DNA from: Parvibaculum sp.
Lineage (GTDB): Bacteria; Pseudomonadota; Alphaproteobacteria; Parvibaculales; Parvibaculaceae
Assembly: GCA_030682415.1 (NCBI GenBank)
Contig: JAUXOE010000046.1
Coordinates: forward strand, 1-56,208
Length of the DNA stretch: 56,208 bases
Direction of reading: 5' to 3'
Position numbers and translations under genes: made by a program
Part shown: one piece after another, positions 54,361 through 56,208 of the stretch
How positions within the stretch are numbered: the stretch's first letter is position 1
Layout of the letters: each line of letters opens with the position of its first letter
Notes under the pieces: generated by a model
Told to the model about the DNA's origin: nothing
What the model saw: the letters and a program-made list of their open reading frames with translations, nothing else
Databases searched by the model: none

Positions 54361-54609
54361 TCAGCGGTCGCCCGTCTTTTCAACTTCGGACGAACGGGTG
54401 ACTTCGGAATAAAGCGCCCGCAGGCGCTTCACCAGATCATCTTCAGGTGAAGTTCCCGCTTGTTCGATCTCCTTCAGCAATCCCTCAAGTCTTGCCGACA
54501 GCATGTCGTAATAGGCACGCTGCTGCTCATCCGGATTCTTCATCCGGGGATCGCTCAAATCGACAAGACGACGCCGCTTTGGGCGCGCAAAGCCTTCTCC
54601 GGTGCTCAT
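54361..54609 (-). CDS. 82-aa hypothetical helical protein
   Basis: Strong GGAGGT RBS before ATG 54609; amphipathic helices; fills the gap between mutase and DUF3108 genes. Confidence 0.65.
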   Translation of the reverse strand: MSTGEGFARPKRRRLVDLSDPRMKNPDEQQRAYYDMLSARLEGLLKEIEQAGTSPEDDLVKRLRALYSEVTRSSEVEKTGDR

Positions 54610-54899
54610 CACACCTCCAGGGATCTCGCATATTTGAAACCTGTCGGCGGTCATGTTTTCCCGAGGTTTCCGGACCCGGAAGGGCACAACTCACCTGGCA
54701 TGGCCCATTGGCGGCAGCTCTGAGATCGTTCGAGCCGCACGCGTGCCATCGCCTGCCCGAATCTTTGTCCGGGCGTTCGGCGCTGAGATAGCGACGTGTG
54801 TGAGCAGTTGCAATATCGAAAACGCGCGTCGTGCGCTTTTGACGCAGACCGAGCCTTATTCGTGGGCAGACATAAAAAGTGCCGTATCTGTTGGCAATA

Positions 54900-56208
54900 T
54901 TATGCCGCACGCCGCCGTTTTTCACGAATAAGCGTCAGGATTTCAAGCGCCGCTGACGGAATATTCGTACCCGGACCGAAAATCGCCGACGCCCCGGCCT
55001 CCTTCAGGAATTCGTAATCCTGTGCCGGAATGACACCACCACAGATAATGAGAATGTCATCGGCGCCTTCATCCTTGAGCGCTTTGGCGAGCGCCGGCAC
55101 CAGCGTCTTGTGACCGGCTGCGAGGCTCGAAATGCCAATGACGTGAACGTCGTTCTCGATGGCGTCGCGCGCCGCCTCTTCGGGTGTCTGGAAAAGTGGC
55201 CCCACATCGACATCGAAGCCGAGATCGGCAAAAGCGGTTGCAATGACTTTCGCACCGCGATCATGGCCGTCCTGCCCCATCTTCACGACCAGCATTCGCG
55301 GGCGCCGGCCCTCGGCCTCGGCGAACGCTTCGATTTCCTTTGAAATCTTCATGAAGCCCTCATCCCCTTCGTAAGCCTGCGCATAGACGCCCGATATCGA
55401 CTTGATTTCGGCACGGTGACGACCAAACACCTCTTCCATCGCGTCCGATATCTCGCCGACGGTCGCGCGCGCGCGCGCCGCATCGACAGCAAGCGCAAGC
55501 AGATTCCCGCTGGACCGCGCACCTTCCGTGAGTGCCTTGAGCGCTGCGCTGCACTTCGCCTCGTCGCGCTCCGCACGCACCCTCTTCAAACGCGCGACTT
55601 GCGCCTCGCGCACCTTGGCGTTGTCGATATCGAGAATCTCGAGCGGATCCTCCTTCGCCAAACGATATTTGTTGACGCCAACGATAACTTCCTGACCGCG
55701 ATCGATGCGCGCTTGCTTGCGCGCCGCCGCTTCCTCGATCCGCAGCTTCGGCATGCCGGTGGCGACAGCCTTGGTCATGCCGCCAAGCTCCTCGACTTCC
55801 TCGATCAGCTTCCACGCTTCGCTGACGAGAGAATGCGTGAGGCTCTCCATGTAATAGGAGCCGCCCATCGGATCGATCACATTGGTGATGCCGGTCTCGT
55901 GCTGAATGACGAGCTGCGTGTTGCGCGCGATGCGGGCCGAAAAATCGGTCGGCAGGGCAATCGCCTCATCGAGCGCGTTCGTGTGCAGCGATTGCGTGCC
56001 GCCCAGAACCGCCGCCATCGCCTCGATCGTGGTGCGAATGACATTGTTGTAGGGATCCTGCTCGGTGAGCGAGACACCCGAAGTCTGGCAATGCGTCCGC
56101 AGCATCGACGACTTGACGTCTTTCGGTTTGAACTCGGCCATGATCTTCGACCAGAGAAGCCGTGCCGCGCGAAGCTTGGCGATCTCCATGAAGAAATTCA
56201 TACCGATG
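54900..56208 (-). CDS. scpA: Methylmalonyl-CoA mutase (C-terminal part, truncated by the window)
   Basis: [16 protein letters not shown]12-binding [20 protein letters not shown]. Confidence 0.97.
   Translation of the reverse strand, partial: IGMNFFMEIAKLRAARLLWSKIMAEFKPKDVKSSMLRTHCQTSGVSLTEQDPYNNVIRTTIEAMAAVLGGTQSLHTNALDEAIALPTDFSARIARNTQLVIQHETGITNVIDPMGGSYYMESLTHSLVSEAWKLIEEVEELGGMTKAVATGMPKLRIEEAAARKQARIDRGQEVIVGVNKYRLAKEDPLEILDIDNAKVREAQVARLKRVRAERDEAKCSAALKALTEGARSSGNLLALAVDAARARATVGEISDAMEEVFGRHRAEIKSISGVYAQAYEGDEGFMKISKEIEAFAEAEGRRPRMLVVKMGQDGHDRGAKVIATAFADLGFDVDVGPLFQTPEEAARDAIENDVHVIGISSLAAGHKTLVPALAKALKDEGADDILIICGGVIPAQDYEFLKEAGASAIFGPGTNIPSAALEILTLIREKRRRAA

Overview
GC-rich alphaproteobacterial core-chromosome window. 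The 16S 5' end, RodZ, PtsP and a stand-alone PAS protein fit a Parvibaculum-like organism (inference, not a database result). It opens in the 5' end, leader and promoter of an rrn operon on the minus strand. It then runs through conserved housekeeping blocks: M23 peptidase/clpB/MOSC/DUF4167/prmC/prfA/ispG/rodZ/ptsP/lysC/ubiG; DUF1178/nitrilase/grxC/comF/methyltransferase/Flp pilin/mutT/argJ/PPIase/secA; accA/xerD/aroK/aroB/corC/bolA/J-protein/cobS/cobT; phytase-like/VUT/rpmB/meaB/DUF3108/methylmalonyl-CoA mutase (truncated by the window end). Four small accessory cassettes are inserted: cytochrome c5 plus a Tat FAD oxidase; MFS plus two epoxide hydrolases plus PAS; an ECF41 operon with a consensus promoter; and a Cys-rich HTH regulator plus MFS plus MATE. 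No transposase, prophage, CRISPR array or tRNA was seen. The most unusual element is the 419-bp gap between the convergent M23 and clpB genes. It holds a triple Pho-box-like repeat pointing at no annotated gene, an 8 x 12-bp phased array ending in GGAGAC, a 16-codon ORF, a hairpin and a bidirectional terminator, which together make a candidate phosphate-regulated sRNA or small-peptide unit. Other leads are a polyproline uORF in the long DUF4167 leader, a histone-H1-like extension on ArgJ, a missed 47-aa membrane protein and an orphan NepR-like protein.
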